Assembly (NCBI GenBank): GCA_965637545.1
Contig: OZ281494.1
Coordinates: 23,126,001-23,190,000 of the forward strand
Direction of reading: 5' to 3'
DNA: 64,000 nt
Origin: Phallusia mammillata
Taxonomy: Eukaryota
In this document: one piece after another, positions 1 through 21,266 of the stretch
Layout: each line of letters begins with the position of its first letter
Numbering within the stretch: the first letter of the stretch is position 1
Notes under the pieces: generated by a model
Seen by the model: only the letters and a program-made list of their open reading frames with translations
Databases searched by the model: none
What the model was told of the DNA's origin: nothing
Made by a program: the position numbers and the translations under genes

Positions 1-1540
1 CTGACGTGGAGAGCATATGATTAAACACAAGCCGGAATCAAACAAAGTTACATGTAATCAGCTTAACCGCGTCTTTAATCTTTAATAACATGTCCTTACT
101 TGTAGGCTACGTGTCTAATCGCGAAAAACAATTACGCTGTTTAGATGCTATATTCACCAATATAATCCTAACGTCGCTGGTTGTTCTCGAATAGTTTTTT
201 TTTGTATTTTTCCACTAATTAGTCTATAGATTTAAATAAATTTCCAACTTTGGTTTTCAGCGAAATTACCACCATAACAAGAGTGTGATTGTATGTTATG
301 TCAACGTTGGTTTATGACAGAAAACATTCCAAAACATAATACTTACTTTTTGCATTGACAATTTTTCGAATACTAAAAATATATGTTACTTAACATTTTG
401 CAATGCAGCAAGTTTTAAAGTAATAAGTGAAAAACACTGCTATACTACTACCGTTGTGAACGCAGAAACATTTACAAATCCCTTTAGAGCTTTTTTCGCA
501 GTGATTATGGTCGTAGGCCCCATGTGACGTAACCATGGGAAGTCACAGCTCATATAGCCGCTTAATTAGCGCCACATCAAATATAGGGGAACATAAGTGC
601 TCTGGCTCGGGACAACGCATCAGGTCGAATTGGTAATTGTAGTTGTACTACGGGAAAGACGGAGACGAAAGTTTGCTTAAAAACGATGTTTCGAAAAAAT
701 CGTTGCCTTGGTCTGACAAGGTCAAAAGCATTACAATTTAAAACAGTTGCATTTTTTTCTATGTTTAAAACCATTGAAACTACAAAAAAGTAAGTTAGTT
801 GAAGGAATAAACTGATTTCGTCTTAATTCAAACTATATTTGTAGACTATACTCATTGTTTTATGTGGTATTGACTCAAAACGTAATAGCACTCAAAATGC
901 TGGAAAGCTATATTGTTTTAAACGGTGCTTTGTCCCCCGAAAAAAAAACTTTATGAAAAGTCAGACATGTGCCAAAGTTTATGTAAGAAATAACAAAATT
1001 ACCATATTTTATTTGGCCAGGATGCGGCTAAGTTTAAAATGGAAATATGTCGAGACGATTGTTTATAATACAGTGGTCAGTATGCAAATGTATCTAATTA
1101 GCGCAGTCATTTTGTAATGTAGATGCTCGGTTATGGGTTCGTGCTGATCCCAGACTATTATAAGACTAGCTGGGGTCGTATAAAACCACGTGCGGTTGTT
1201 AGCGTAACGTTTATTTTGGCCAGAAAACGCGATTTAGGTTTGAATATTGGACAAGCTTATTGTCCTTTGCCGTTTCATGAAGGTTTATTGTTTAATTGGG
1301 AAACTAGTATATGTAATATTATGAAATATATAATATTTCTTTACCAGTCATTTACAAACATAAAAAAATAAAGTTGATGAAGAAAAGGCTTTTGGCGCGA
1401 CTGTCAATAGCGATAAGGCTGTGGAGCTCTGGTTTCAACATCTAACGAAATATATCAAAAATCTAAAGTGCAAATCAAAAATTAATTGCGCTTAAAAAGT
1501 TGGCTTGCGGTTTCAAAAAGTGGCTATCGGAAATACCCCC

Positions 1541-1707
1541 TTGTTAAAAATCCAATTTCGTGGCTATAATTATTCCGTAGCACGTAAACTTCGTATGTTA
1601 TGAGCGACATTTTTTCATTTAAATTGTTAAAATATCAATTTCGTGGTTATAAGTATTACGTATCATGTAAACTTTGTGTGTTATACGACAGTTTTTTTTA
1701 ATTTAAA
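1541..1707. repeat. Two imperfect tandem copies of an ~83 bp unit upstream of the trefoil/TSP1/VWA gene
   Basis: ttgttaaaa..caatttcgtgg.tataa.tatt.cgta.ca.gtaaactt.gt.tgttat...cgaca.ttttt..atttaaa at 1541-1623 and 1624-1707. Confidence 0.8.
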
Positions 1708-2266
1708 TGCTGCATCATTACCGGTTTAAACCCTCTCAATCCCCATGCAGTTCATACAAGGCAACTAGCCAATTAGCCAGAGGCTCTAAGTTTTTGCTAT
1801 AACCCTTGGACGAGGTAGACTGGCAATTAGTTCATGTGTTGGCGTATTGACGACTCGACCTTCGTGTAAGCCGATTGCTGTTATGTAAACAGGTAGAACA
1901 AGGATTTAACTGCTACGGAACGAAAGGTTATTTTTAAAATATAAAGCTCTGGTCGTAAGATAGTTCACCCGAAATCAGGAAGCTTGGCTAACTCTTCTTT
2001 CCGAAAACTTCTGTAAAAAGGGTAAGTATATAGCTATCTATAAATTATCCGTTTAAACAAAAAACGAAAACCTTGGTAAATTAGTGTGTGTCTAAAAAGT
2101 ATTTAATATAAATCGTATTTTCTCTAAAAAATAAGGATGAAATCAAACATAAAAATTATATCTTTTATTTGCAATGCAAAACAACTCTATTCATTTTGAC
2201 AGGAGCCTCGATATTTTGCGCCAATAGCGAAGTAGTCATACAAATTGCAACGAAGTTTCACACGAA

Positions 2267-5200
2267 ATGCGACTTTGGATACTTTTCACTCTGTTGTTAT
2301 GTGTTCGTGGACAGTTAATAACCAGAGGTGAGTTTATTAGCCCGCAGACAAATGCGTTCCGGCATTTACAAACACAAAACACGTTATCGCTAACAAAGTG
2401 ACCGGTTGTATTTTGTCTGACAAACGTTTATAACGTAATAAACATTCTCCTTCTCCACGTGCTTTAAGCGAATGTAAATGTTAACTTGTGCCGGCAAAAT
2501 GTCAAAGGCTGTTCTTTCCCAACTGAGTTATTTATAGTAAATATTCAGTTTTGCAAAATAAATTTAAACATGCACAAACATATGAGATGTAACTTTAAAC
2601 CTTTTGTTTTTTGAGATGTCTTTTGGAAGATTGAAACTAATTTGAAACAATTTTCAATATCTTTACGATTTAAAACAAATAAATAGAATTAAAACGAAGA
2701 ATAAAATTGGTGTGTTTTAATCGTAAATAGTCGTATATACATGCACATAAATTCGATGGCGCACAACTTGAAGCTGATTTAAATCAACATATTGTGCAAT
2801 CAACTATAGCAGTGCACAAAAAATTCGCATTAACCCAAATAAGGACGATAAGGTTATGCGTGAACTTTTTTTTCAGGACTAATCTCGCCCAGCAACAGAA
2901 AAAAATCAGGTATGTTTCTTAGCTTATGGATGTGGGAGAAACACTTTTCTTGTATTTCCTACACACAAAGTTCAAAAATAGATAAACGAAGCCAATAAAT
3001 GTCTTGGAAAAATCCTTGTTACCAACCCGCTTTAGGAGTGCGAATCAAGTTAATAATAGTAATGGTCAGTTACGCGACGAAGGGGGAATTCCCTCATAGT
3101 GCACCAATTAATTCACACGCGACTTTTCTCTTTGAATCCGACTTCCCTGCGCCTCGTGACGGCAATTAAATACGCACGCCTTTACTGTGGGAACATTTGG
3201 GGACCCGCTTGTCTGTGACGACATAGAGTATGCAATGTTAATTGGCACGAAACTATAATGGGGACTTGTGGGTTGCACTAACAATTTTGATTTATTCTTT
3301 TAGGATATTGTTTTTAAAAATAACACACTTTTAGAAGTATAATGTAGAAATTGCAGCTGTCAGCGTAGGCAAATTTGTATCCTCTTAGTTCTACCTATAA
3401 GAATAATCACCAACTTTGGGGCCTTTTTTAATATATGCTTTCAGCATGTGTAATAAACAAGTTTGGTGTTTTTGCCTTCTAAAGTTCGTTTGGTTGATTC
3501 CACCTGGCACCGAACTAAAACTGACACTTTAGCGTCACAACCATGAGAATCCTAACATTCGACGCCAAATTTAAACCGTGATCCGCCTACATAACTAAGT
3601 ACTGGCGCCATTCACCAATTGTGTTCATTGATTGCCGGCCAAATTTTAGCCCTGCCCGGCTACATAGGCCACCTACTGATTAGCTAATAGTTATCAGTGG
3701 CTGTCTGGCGACCAATTAACAACAATTTAGCCACATTAAAGCAACTGATGCGTAACTTCGTGACACCGGGGCTACATTTTGTTTGTAAGCATGTGGTTTT
3801 ATAGCCATAGAACACGAGACAAATTACATGTGGCGTTTCACAAATTGTAGCTAGATTTGCATTTTATTACCCTGGCACAAACTGTGTCAAAAAATGACAA
3901 TTTCTTTAAAAACGGTTGCTAACGTAATGTTGTAGTTGTAGTAATTTCAAACATTTTGGCAAACCTCCTGTCGCAACATTTAAACAGCATTAGCTAGTGA
4001 TTAAAACGTTCAGTATACTTTTCAAAAAAATGTTCAAAAATGTGTTCTGTTTTAATGTCACGTGATTTGATTCCAGCTGATGACTGCAAATGCTGGATCA
4101 CGTGGTACTACAGAAGTGCATGTTCCCAAGGAAAAGACCTACGAGAAAATTCGTGCATAGACGCTGGATGCTGTTACTATGACGACCCACTGCATTATCA
4201 GGCTCCAAGGTGCTACCAACGTACAGGTGCGATTTCATAGATTTCTTTTCTCGTCTTCGCTCAACTTAGTTGCTATTTGCGATGTGCACAAACCCACAGC
4301 GTTGGGCAATAAGTCTTCGCGTTCAAGTCTTTTAGTTTACAAGCAACTGATGTCTTGGTGATTTCGGTGTTGATTTATGACTGTATTAGCCGCTGTGTAA
4401 AGTTTCCTTTGACACAAGTAAACCACTGCAAATTCCTCTTTGCAAAAATTCCTATTTTTCGTTTAGGATATATTACGCATGTAGAAAAACTTTAAATCAT
4501 AAAAAAAACTCCAAAAAGTTTATAATTATAATTTCCAAAAAGTTAGACTTAAATTGACTCTGGTTTGTGTCCAACACTACAAACCCACAAACCTTGAAAA
4601 CAAAAGTCTTTCTTTTCCGATTTAGGGACGTGCCCTCCACAGGAATGCCGAGTAAAACCAGATGAGCGAGAAGAATGCAGGATTCCAAATCGTCTTTTTA
4701 TTCCTCGTCACTTGTGTCAGAATAATGGATGTTGTTTTGATCAATTTGCTAAGCCCAACTGTTACAAAGCTAAAGCTGGTAAGTTTAAAAACGTTGTCCA
4801 AGTTGTGTTTTTAGGTCCCTATCAATTCATCACTTCGGTCGCTACAATGTCTCGTCAAGCATATTGGGTCAAAACCTGTTTTATGCAAATAATAGTTGAT
4901 ATGCACAGTAATGCTTTGGAAGGTTACTCCAATTCCATTTTGTAGTTGTCAAAGGCTGCATCAAGATAAAAATTACTAAAATAGCATTTTTTGTAAAGCG
5001 TATGTACCTGCCCCATACAAACCGCAAACTCATCCGTACTTTGCAAAACTGGATGATCGAAACAAACCTCACCTTTTCCAAAAAATTGAACGACTTGGCC
5101 CGTTCCGCTTCGTAAGCTCGTGCTATGTGAGCCGGAACCGTTGCGGCAAAGTTGGTGTAACAAGGTATGGATATTCATTTCCATGTTTTTTTCATTTCCT

Positions 5201-8200
5201 GCTTGACAACAAAAGACACGTTTTTAATTACTTGATACAGTACAACTTTTTGTTTGTCTATAACATTTATAGTAAATACTGAACAGGCGTTTCGTCCACC
5301 AGGTTGCATATTAATAAATTTGTCGTTTTGTTCAGCATTACACCAGTTGAACGACAAATTTATTAATATAACATTTATACTAAAAAATCAATAAAGATGT
5401 AACCAAATCTGGTTTTAAATTTGGTTGTACAAACTTAAATAGTGGATTTGCTTAATATCTGTTTGCTGCGAACCTTAAATGTATTTTTTACTATTTTTAG
5501 ATCACAGTGTGTTCGTTTCGGTTGTTGCTGGCAACCGAACCGGAATTTTGGAGTACAAGAAGCCGAATGTTTCCGCTCTGTTCGCTTTTGGCTCAACTAT
5601 CCTGGTACTTTTATCACCAGTTAGTTTCTTTTCGTTTCTATTTTGCGGTGACAGTTTATGGATCTGTAAAACACGGTTATTATTTTTCTGAAATCCCTTT
5701 TTATTTATTTTAGCGACAGTAAATCCAACATTATTCAGTAACTTGTCGCGTTACAATGTTAATTAAAAAATGACAAAAATAGAAACACTGTTGAAAACCA
5801 CTCGACCAGACTCCTATAACTTTACCTTTTCGTTTAAATTTTCGTTACTGTCGTTTTCATAAAAGCTTTTTGCACCATTGCAAAAATTTTGCACCATTGC
5901 AGCGTAATTTAAGTCAAACTCAAAATTTTAATCAAATTTTCGTATTTCACGAGTTATTTAGGGAACTTCATTTTTTTATTTACTACATTTTATTTCTTTT
6001 TTGACCTAATTTTCTAATTTTGTTTCTTGCATCTAAAGTTTTGTTCCCAGTTCAAATATTTTAAACTGCTTGCAAAGTTCCCTAATTAACTCGTGCATTG
6101 CTATTTCAGTGGACGGAGCTTCATGGGCAGATTGGAGTCAATGGTCTCAATGTGGGGGAAGTCCCTGTTTTAGCGGGACTCAAACCAGGACGAGGTCATG
6201 CACCAACGATTATCTGCCACACATGAAGTAAGAACCCGAAATGATTAAGCAAAACCAAAATTTTCCAATCTTTTCCATAATAATGTTGTTTCAGATGCAG
6301 TGGTCCGACCTCAGAGACCCGCATGTGCACAGTACCTTGTCCGGGCGCCGATTGGGGCCCATTCGTGCCAGGCGCGTGTGTCAGTGCTGATCCAGTGTGC
6401 TTTATTGGCAGCACTGTTGAAACCAGAGTTTGCTTGTTGAGTGGAGTGCCAGTCCCAAGTAGTAATTGCATCGGAGAATCGATAAGGGTAAAGTTTGCTC
6501 ACATTCTGAAATACTCTATCTCACGATTATTTACATTTAATTTTGATTTTACTTTTGTATTTCGATTTAATTTATTTTGTAAATTAGTTCCTGATTTTCA
6601 TTACATATTAAGTCTTCAGAAATGAGTTTTAACACTTCGTGTGTGTTTTGTTTTCTGAAAAAAATGTCGAATCAATCGAATATTTTAGTTTCCATGGATA
6701 TTAAAATGGAAAATATTAACATGATTTTGTAAATTTGAATCAACCATGTACGAATTTCCTTTCAAAATAAAAATAAAAACGTATACAACAACTTTCCGTA
6801 TTTTTTCTAAAGACTGCAAAGTGTAACACACACCTGTGTGAGTCGTACGGACCCTTTACCCCCGGTACTTGTTCAAGAACATGTGGTGGAGGAACAATTA
6901 CGTCGACAAGACAATGTTTGAGTCCTGTGACGTCATCGCCACCTTGGTCGTGCTTGTCGAAGCAAGAATCGTGCAACGAGCAAGCTTGTCCACGTACGTT
7001 TCGTATTTTAGCCATTTTCTAAACAAACTGTAGTTATATTACATTGTCAAATTGTTCTTTTCATTTCGGGATAAGTTTGTTGTTGTTTTTTGTTCTTGTA
7101 TTCCATATTTCTAGTTCTCCAATTAGAATACTAATTAGGACACACCCATGTGAATGCAGCCTTGTTGGCCCGGATGTAGCCCGATAAAACCTTTAGGCTT
7201 GGGGTTCGAATTGAATGCATTATCTGGATATAATAATGTTGGTAGCGCAGCTGATAAATTTGAAAGCTAGTTTCATGGTGCTAATAATATTACTCAGGAT
7301 TATCGCAATGGACGACATGGTCGCAGTGCGTGGGAGAGCAGTGTTCCACGGGGCAGCAAACCAGAAGTAGGATTTGCCTTGAAGCAAGGTAATTGTATAA
7401 AAGTAATACCTGTGTCTCCATGGGATGATAAACTAATATATGCGTTTTAATTGCTGAATATTTGTAGTTTTTTTAAGGCCGGTCCACACAAAAAATTCAG
7501 TTTCAAAAACGGTCATTTGTGCGAAAAAGATTGTCGACCCCTGCTGTAGTGTACCACTTTTTTTCTTTTCTATTGATTTCATGAGAAAACGCTGAAACTT
7601 AAAATAGAAGTGTTTAGTGGTTGCAGTGAATCGTTGATGGAAACCCAGCAATGCTCGACATCTTGTGGTGCTGAGTGGGGAGAGTGGAGTCAAGGGTCAT
7701 GTGTCAGTGCTGAGCCTCAATGCTTAGCAGGAACTCGCACGAATACGAGAGTTTGTATGGTTGGTGTCGCGATTGTTCCTGATAGCAACTGTGTTGGATC
7801 AAGTACAGAGGTATGTATAGTAAAATGTGAACCAAATACATGTTTTTTAAATTTCATGCTAAAAGGGCCACGATTTGATGGTATCAGGTCTTTAAAATAA
7901 ACCGAAACATCAAAGCTTATGTTGAGCCAATCACAAATTGTATGATTAGTTTACTTAATTTACTTACATATCCAGTAAGTCAATTACTTAACTTGGCGTG
8001 ATTTGCACGATACAACAAAAATATTAAATAACTTACAATTTTAACTTTTAGACGGTGCCGTGCAACACACATTTGTGTTCAAGTTTTTCTGCATACACAC
8101 CCGGAACTTGTTCTCAGTCGTGTGGTGGGGGAAGCATCCTCTTAACTCGAGTTTGTTTGGACACTTCCACAGTTTCTTCACAGTCTTGCCTTGAAAAAAG

Positions 8201-11200
8201 TGAAGTTTGCAACATACAAGCCTGCCCAAGTAAGTTACGAAATTCGCGTAATGAATTAGAAAAAGATGCTTTGCTCGGTACTACAAGTTGCCCAAATCTC
8301 GACTATCTTCTTATTGATCGGATAACAGTTGAAAGATTACCGAGTGTTTGGCTATAAACCGCATTATTTCACACTCGAGCGACCTACTTAATGTCCTTCT
8401 TTTATGGCCAAGTGACTATATTCGGAAGTCAGAAATAATGACGCAGCAAGATTACTTGGTTATAATTTTTTAAACCCAAATGTAGCTGTTGTTAATTAAA
8501 AGCCTCCAATCAATCGTATACGTAATGCAAAAAAGCAGCCACCAGATGACGCACCTTCGATGTAAGCGCAGCAAGTTTTGTATACGGCCGCCGATAAAAA
8601 TATATCCTAACAACTAAGGTCATTTACAAATAAGTATGTCGTGATCGCTGGTCTATACATGAAAGGTTCAGGGCTGATCCCAGTATGTGTATATGCTGGC
8701 GTACTATGTTGGATATATACCAACAATTACTAAACAACTTTTTATCATTCAAATGCGATTTTAATTTTTAGCTTGGACCGATTGGACACCCTTTGGGCCT
8801 TGTATTGGTTCTCCTTGTTCTATTGTTGGAACACAAAGTCGAAGTAGAACTTGTATCCCGCCTGAGTAAGCAATGTTTCATTTTTTCGTTAACTAAACTC
8901 AATTCAGGTTTTATGTGCTAGAGATCTTGGTATTGGTTGCAGTCTGTGAGATTTGTTGGGTGTTTTGTTTGGAATATGTTGCTTCATTAATTAGGCAGCG
9001 GTATATATCAAGCCAATATGGCTAGCTTATAACGTTTACTTTTTTGAAAATCATGACAATATATCATAATCTATTCTGTCATATATGGTAAGAAGACAAA
9101 ACCGAAGCATGTCAATTTGCTGCTAGTTCTACTGATTTAGTTGTATATTGGTCTGTTAACTTGATGGCATAAAGGGGTCCGTCATAACGTTGAAATAAAA
9201 CGCTTGAGACAATCGACTGAATTTGACCGGTTCGGTAATTCACAATTTTAAAGATAAGCTGAAGTTAAAGGTATAGAACTAGTTTCTGGTACTTTGGAAT
9301 GATTGCCCCTAACTACAACAACGCATATTGACTTAGGTTTATATTCATCACAATAAGGTAAACTTATGGATCATATTTAAACAGAGCTATTGGAAATATT
9401 GGATGTGATGGCCCGACTACTGAAACACAAGATTGCTCAACAACTTGTAATGCTGATTGGGGAGATTGGATGGAAGGTTCTTGTGATAGTTTAGATCCCG
9501 ACTGTTTAGCCGGAACACGCTTGGATACGAGAATTTGTTTGAATGGTGGGGTGACTGTTGACAATAGCAACTGTGTTGGATCAAATACGCAGGTACGCAA
9601 GTCAACAGAAGACATATCTTTATTTGCTAATAGCATTTTTTACTCTTTTAGCGCTATAATGTTGACAAAACTTAGCACATTTGAGCATTTCGTCGCGATA
9701 GCTTACACGTTATAACTTTCGTATTTTTTTCGAGAGGGTATAACCTGAATAAATCCGTAATAAACATATTAATACGAATAATTTCAGCCAAAATATCCGA
9801 AATATCGTAGTGGCACCAAATGTAATCAAGGGAAATATCGTTTACTTTTGTATCACATCTCTTTTATCTTTATTCTATTTTTTAGACGGTTGCATGCAAT
9901 ACACACTTGTGCAGTTCAAGTTTTTCCGCATACACGCCGGGAATGTGTTCTAGGACGTGTGGGGGTGGCAGCATTACGTCAACACGCGTATGTTTGGGCA
10001 CTGCGACTTCTCTGCCACAATCTTGCCTTGAATTAGTAGAATCCTGCAACGAACAAATGTGTCCCAGTAAGTTTGTAGGAACTTGACTGTGCAGATGGTT
10101 GATCTTTTTTTCGAATATCATATTACGAACCAGCTTTAATTGATTGACGCAAGTATATGTGAAATTGTCTCAACTTTCGCGCAAGTCAGCGTGTGTTTTT
10201 ATAAATATACATGTATTTTGTTCAGTACTGACTGATGTTGCGTTTTTGATTGACGGCTCAACTGCACTTGGTTCGTCAAATTTTCAACTTGTATTGTCTG
10301 GAATTTCGCAACTGATTGGAAATCTTGATATCAACACTGGAAACACCAGAGTTGGAGCTGTGAGTTTTTGATCAAGTTGTTGTTCTACGCACCAAGCTCA
10401 CATTTTAGATCAACCAATAAGAGAATGTTTGTTTGTAAATACAACTACTTGTTTCAGTTGCGCTATGATGACGACGCCATTGCTCAAATTTTTCCCAGTT
10501 CGTCTACAACTTCGGCAGTACAAACGCAGATATTGTCCATTGTAGTAAGTTTCGTGTTACACCCTTGGTTTTCCTGGATCATTTTGAAAAAAATGGCAGG
10601 CGTACAGCTTGACATTGACTCTTTGATTTACATAACATGTCCCATTTGAAAATAGTAAAGGTAAACTTTGTGTGTTTGTTACATTTCATGATCCGAACTA
10701 ACACATTTATTTACCCAATTGCTTTGACCGCGGCTTTTTAAGGCATTGACAACCTGACTTGAACCATTTTCTCAGAGACTCTTGTGTCAATTCTCGATGC
10801 GGATCATGCCCATTTTACCAAGTTTACAACTCCTAAAATATAGCGATTTAACGTATTTATCGAGTCAAACACTTCAAAGTAACGCGTTCATGGGTTAGAT
10901 TACTCTAAAAATATATGCGTTTTGGAACAGTCACAAGATCCTGCTCCATGTTTAAGATTTAGACATGTCTTATGGGCATAAAAATTTCTTTGTTGCATTG
11001 TAGTTTAGAGGCGGAAATGGTTTTATCTCCCAAGCAATACAATTTGCCGCTACACTAATGTTCGATAACACACGGTCAAGGAAACGTGCAGTGATATATG
11101 CTCATGCACCTCCTTCAGATTTAACGTAAGTTACCACTTTTCTCAAATGACTCAAAAATTGAAATTGTTCAAAACTTTGTTTTTTTGTTATTCGGTGCAA

Positions 11201-11428
11201 TAACACCTATTTTTAATTCATAAATCATATCTAATATATTTTAGAGCCCTGTCTTTGGCGTTAACAGCTGCCGGAATAAACAATGTCGAATTGTTTGTTG
11301 TTGCGCTCGGTTCAACGCTACCAACGGAATTTAACTCAGTTGCGGGTTCATCTAACAGGGTGTGGCTAAACGATCTGAGCAACCCTGGATCGGTTCAAAC
11401 CCAGGTCATCAATTTCATTAACTCATAA
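2267..11428 (+). CDS. Secreted multidomain protein: signal peptide, 3 trefoil (P-type)-like domains, 9 thrombospondin type-1 repeats (three 3-exon units), C-terminal VWA domain
   Basis: Frame-consistent GT-AG exons: 2267-2327 (MRLWILFTLLLCVRG signal), 2877-2909, 4077-4226, 4626-4778, 4999-5164, 5501-5604 (trefoil C..C..C...GCC...C motifs, e.g. CQNNGCCFDQFAKPNCY), 6110-6227, 6295-6487, 6813-6993, 7298-7388, 7618-7810, 8052-8229, 8772-8865, 9385-9592, 9886-10066 (WxxWSxC, CSxTCGGG, TRxRxC), 10226-10359, 10458-10544, 11004-11125, 11245-11428 (DVAFLIDGS...TRVGA VWA), stop TAA 11426-11428. Confidence 0.88.
3083..3093. promoter_or_regulatory. Candidate NF-kB/Rel site in an intron of the trefoil/TSP1/VWA gene
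   Basis: GGGGAATTCCC (palindromic GGGAATTCCC) in a GC-richer intronic block that also has TGTGGGAA (Su(H)/CSL-type) at 3186-3193. Confidence 0.35.
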
Positions 11429-11892
11429 CGGGTGAGTTTGAGGTTTTGATGTTTCCATACTTTTATTTAACACATAGGTAATAAGATAGAGATCCATGTC
11501 GTTTTAAAGCTGATGATAACATTGAACATGGGGTTGTTGCAGCGATAGAATAAAATAAACCACAACATTTTATTTACTAAAGATCTTTTTTGTACAGTGT
11601 TTTGATCCTACTGATGTTCAGAATATTGTCGATAAATCCGAGGATTCGTTCCAACGCGAAGGTTTAACAAGCACTTGATTGTCAAAATTAAATTTCTTTT
11701 TTTCATACTAATATTTTCCAATTTTATTGCTCTTTTCGTTTTTTACATGTGTTCCCAAAGTTTGCGCTCCTTTGTATTTTTTTATTTGTATTTGTTTTTG
11801 GCGTAAAAAATATATATGCCCCTACACAAAGTTCTTTCTTTATGTTTTTAAATTGAGAATACAAAACTAAACCCAACTGGATTACTACTGTA

Positions 11893-12059
11893 CAGTGGTG
11901 GGATTCATTTTTTTCAGCCGGTTCTATCACAAAAGTCATATTTTTTAGCTGGTTTTTTTACAAAAAGTCCATTGACAGTAACCAGTAATGCTAACCGGTT
12001 CGCTGATCTCAAAAAATTATGTGAGGCGGTTCAAAAGCACCGGCTAAATCCAACCACTG
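11893..12059. mobile_element. Short hAT-type MITE
   Basis: TIRs CAGTGGTGGGATT / AATCCAACCACTG with internal repeated CCGGTTC motifs; no clear 8 bp TSD. Confidence 0.65.
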
Positions 12060-12508
12060 CACAGTATACTATACTATGTCCGCCATGGCTTTTAGAAATT
12101 ACGCAAGTCATACAATGAATAAAAGCGATGTGCCGATAGAATATGCAAGTGCACACTGTTTCGAACTAGCTGCACTAATTGGACCTTTGAGTCGTCCCTT
12201 TAATCAAAACACCAAAAAGATACGTTTCCTCCCCATACTTCCATAACATGACATATAAACCCAAGACCATATTTGCAGAGATAGAACTGCTACTATTTTT
12301 TTACTTATGATTTGCATTTCATTTTATAAGTTTAAAGGTTGCTATGGTGTTCCCATTGGAAAAAATGGGCTATTGTGTTTTAAGATTTCAAAACTGAAAA
12401 ATAACCCATGTGCTTGATTCAGCATCATTTATTTACACACGTTTGGCACAAAATTTATGCGAATTAACACAACGAATACAATATCCACTTCCAAATACGT
12501 TGGTAGAT

Positions 12509-19813
<7,305 letters not shown>

Positions 19814-21266
19814 TTTAATATAATTAGTTTTATTGCCACCTGAGAAATTATACAGAGGCGTTGTGATTGTAAACTATGTGGCCTTGGCACGTTTTAACAA
19901 AACATACCACATTATGGTTAACTAAAATATGATCTTCCATAAACTGAGGTTGCTATTTTTAATTCAAAAAACAATTTAATTTTGTAATACGTTCGCAAAG
20001 AATTTCAACAAACAGCTCCTCGGTACTATACATAACAATTACTGAAAACATCATATAATTTTTAAATCGACAAATAAACCTGCAAATATACTGATATAAA
20101 AAAGACTAAATATACATCGTCGTTACAACTGGGTTACAGCATGACTTCTCCTTCCTTCGTGGAAGTTTAAATCTTTTACTAATCTGAGGATTAGAACAAT
20201 ATTTCCTAAAGAAGATAACCATCACCACAATTAGGTCATGTTTGTCCGAGACAGTAGATATTACTTTTTGTAATCCGAAATATGTGGTTGTAGGGCGGTC
20301 CCTGTTTTAAACGGCTCATTGTTTGGCCGGTAGAATAACCTCAGCAAATTACAGTAAGTTAAATCCTTTTTTTGGTAATGCATAATTAGATCGCTCCATA
20401 ATCAGGAGTCTTTGCTACTCTGAATTCGTTGGCACTTGCTTGTAGAATACACATGCTGCTTTTCTTTTTCTCAAACTCTTGCAAACGTGTTTTGTGCACC
20501 AAAACTCATCATAACCTTTTACCATGACCGAAGCATGTATCGAAACTTAACCCCAACATACCTTCATCATATGAAACTTATCATAACAACCCAACTAACA
20601 AATATCAAAGGTTAGACATGGAAAACTGTTTCCGGCGTTCGATGAACACCGATCCAGCAATCTGCCACTGCAGCAAAAGTACAAGGAGGTCTTTATGCCA
20701 CTGTGTCATTCCGTATGGGGCAATCAGTTCATCGATGTAGCTTCTTATCTTATTGGTCAACATGTCACTGCAGAAAACTAGACTTGCTTAATGGTTAACT
20801 CAACTTATCTTTTGCTTGCTAAGCACAGTTTGGTGGTTGCTTTTAAGCTTTGATGAGTCACCAGAAGGATGTGATACTTTCGGGTGGTAGAAAAACATAT
20901 TTGTCACGAATCGCGGCGAAACGAAAGATGATCGTTGACGTGTTATTGACCAACATAAAAGTCCACCAAACACTCGCTTGTGTTGTTTATGAAAAAAAGT
21001 CTTTCAAAATAATTATCCATTTGCATATATTTTCATTGGTCATTCCGTTTTATGCCTGTTTTATCATATTTTCAGTAAAATATAAGTGTTCTATATTCAT
21101 GTATGCATTAAATAAGGCCATGTATTGTACTGGACCCCACTTGGTCAAGCAAACCTCATTCGGAAACTATGTTTCAACTTTCAATAAAATGGACTATTTT
21201 TAACTTGCATTATGTTACAGTTTTCGGTTTACTTAGTTCACCCTATCAGACACCAGCAAACATATT

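Noticed and set aside
6110-10066. Periodic repeats as a CRISPR array or satellite
   Set aside because: They are protein-coding TSP1 exon duplications in eukaryotic DNA.
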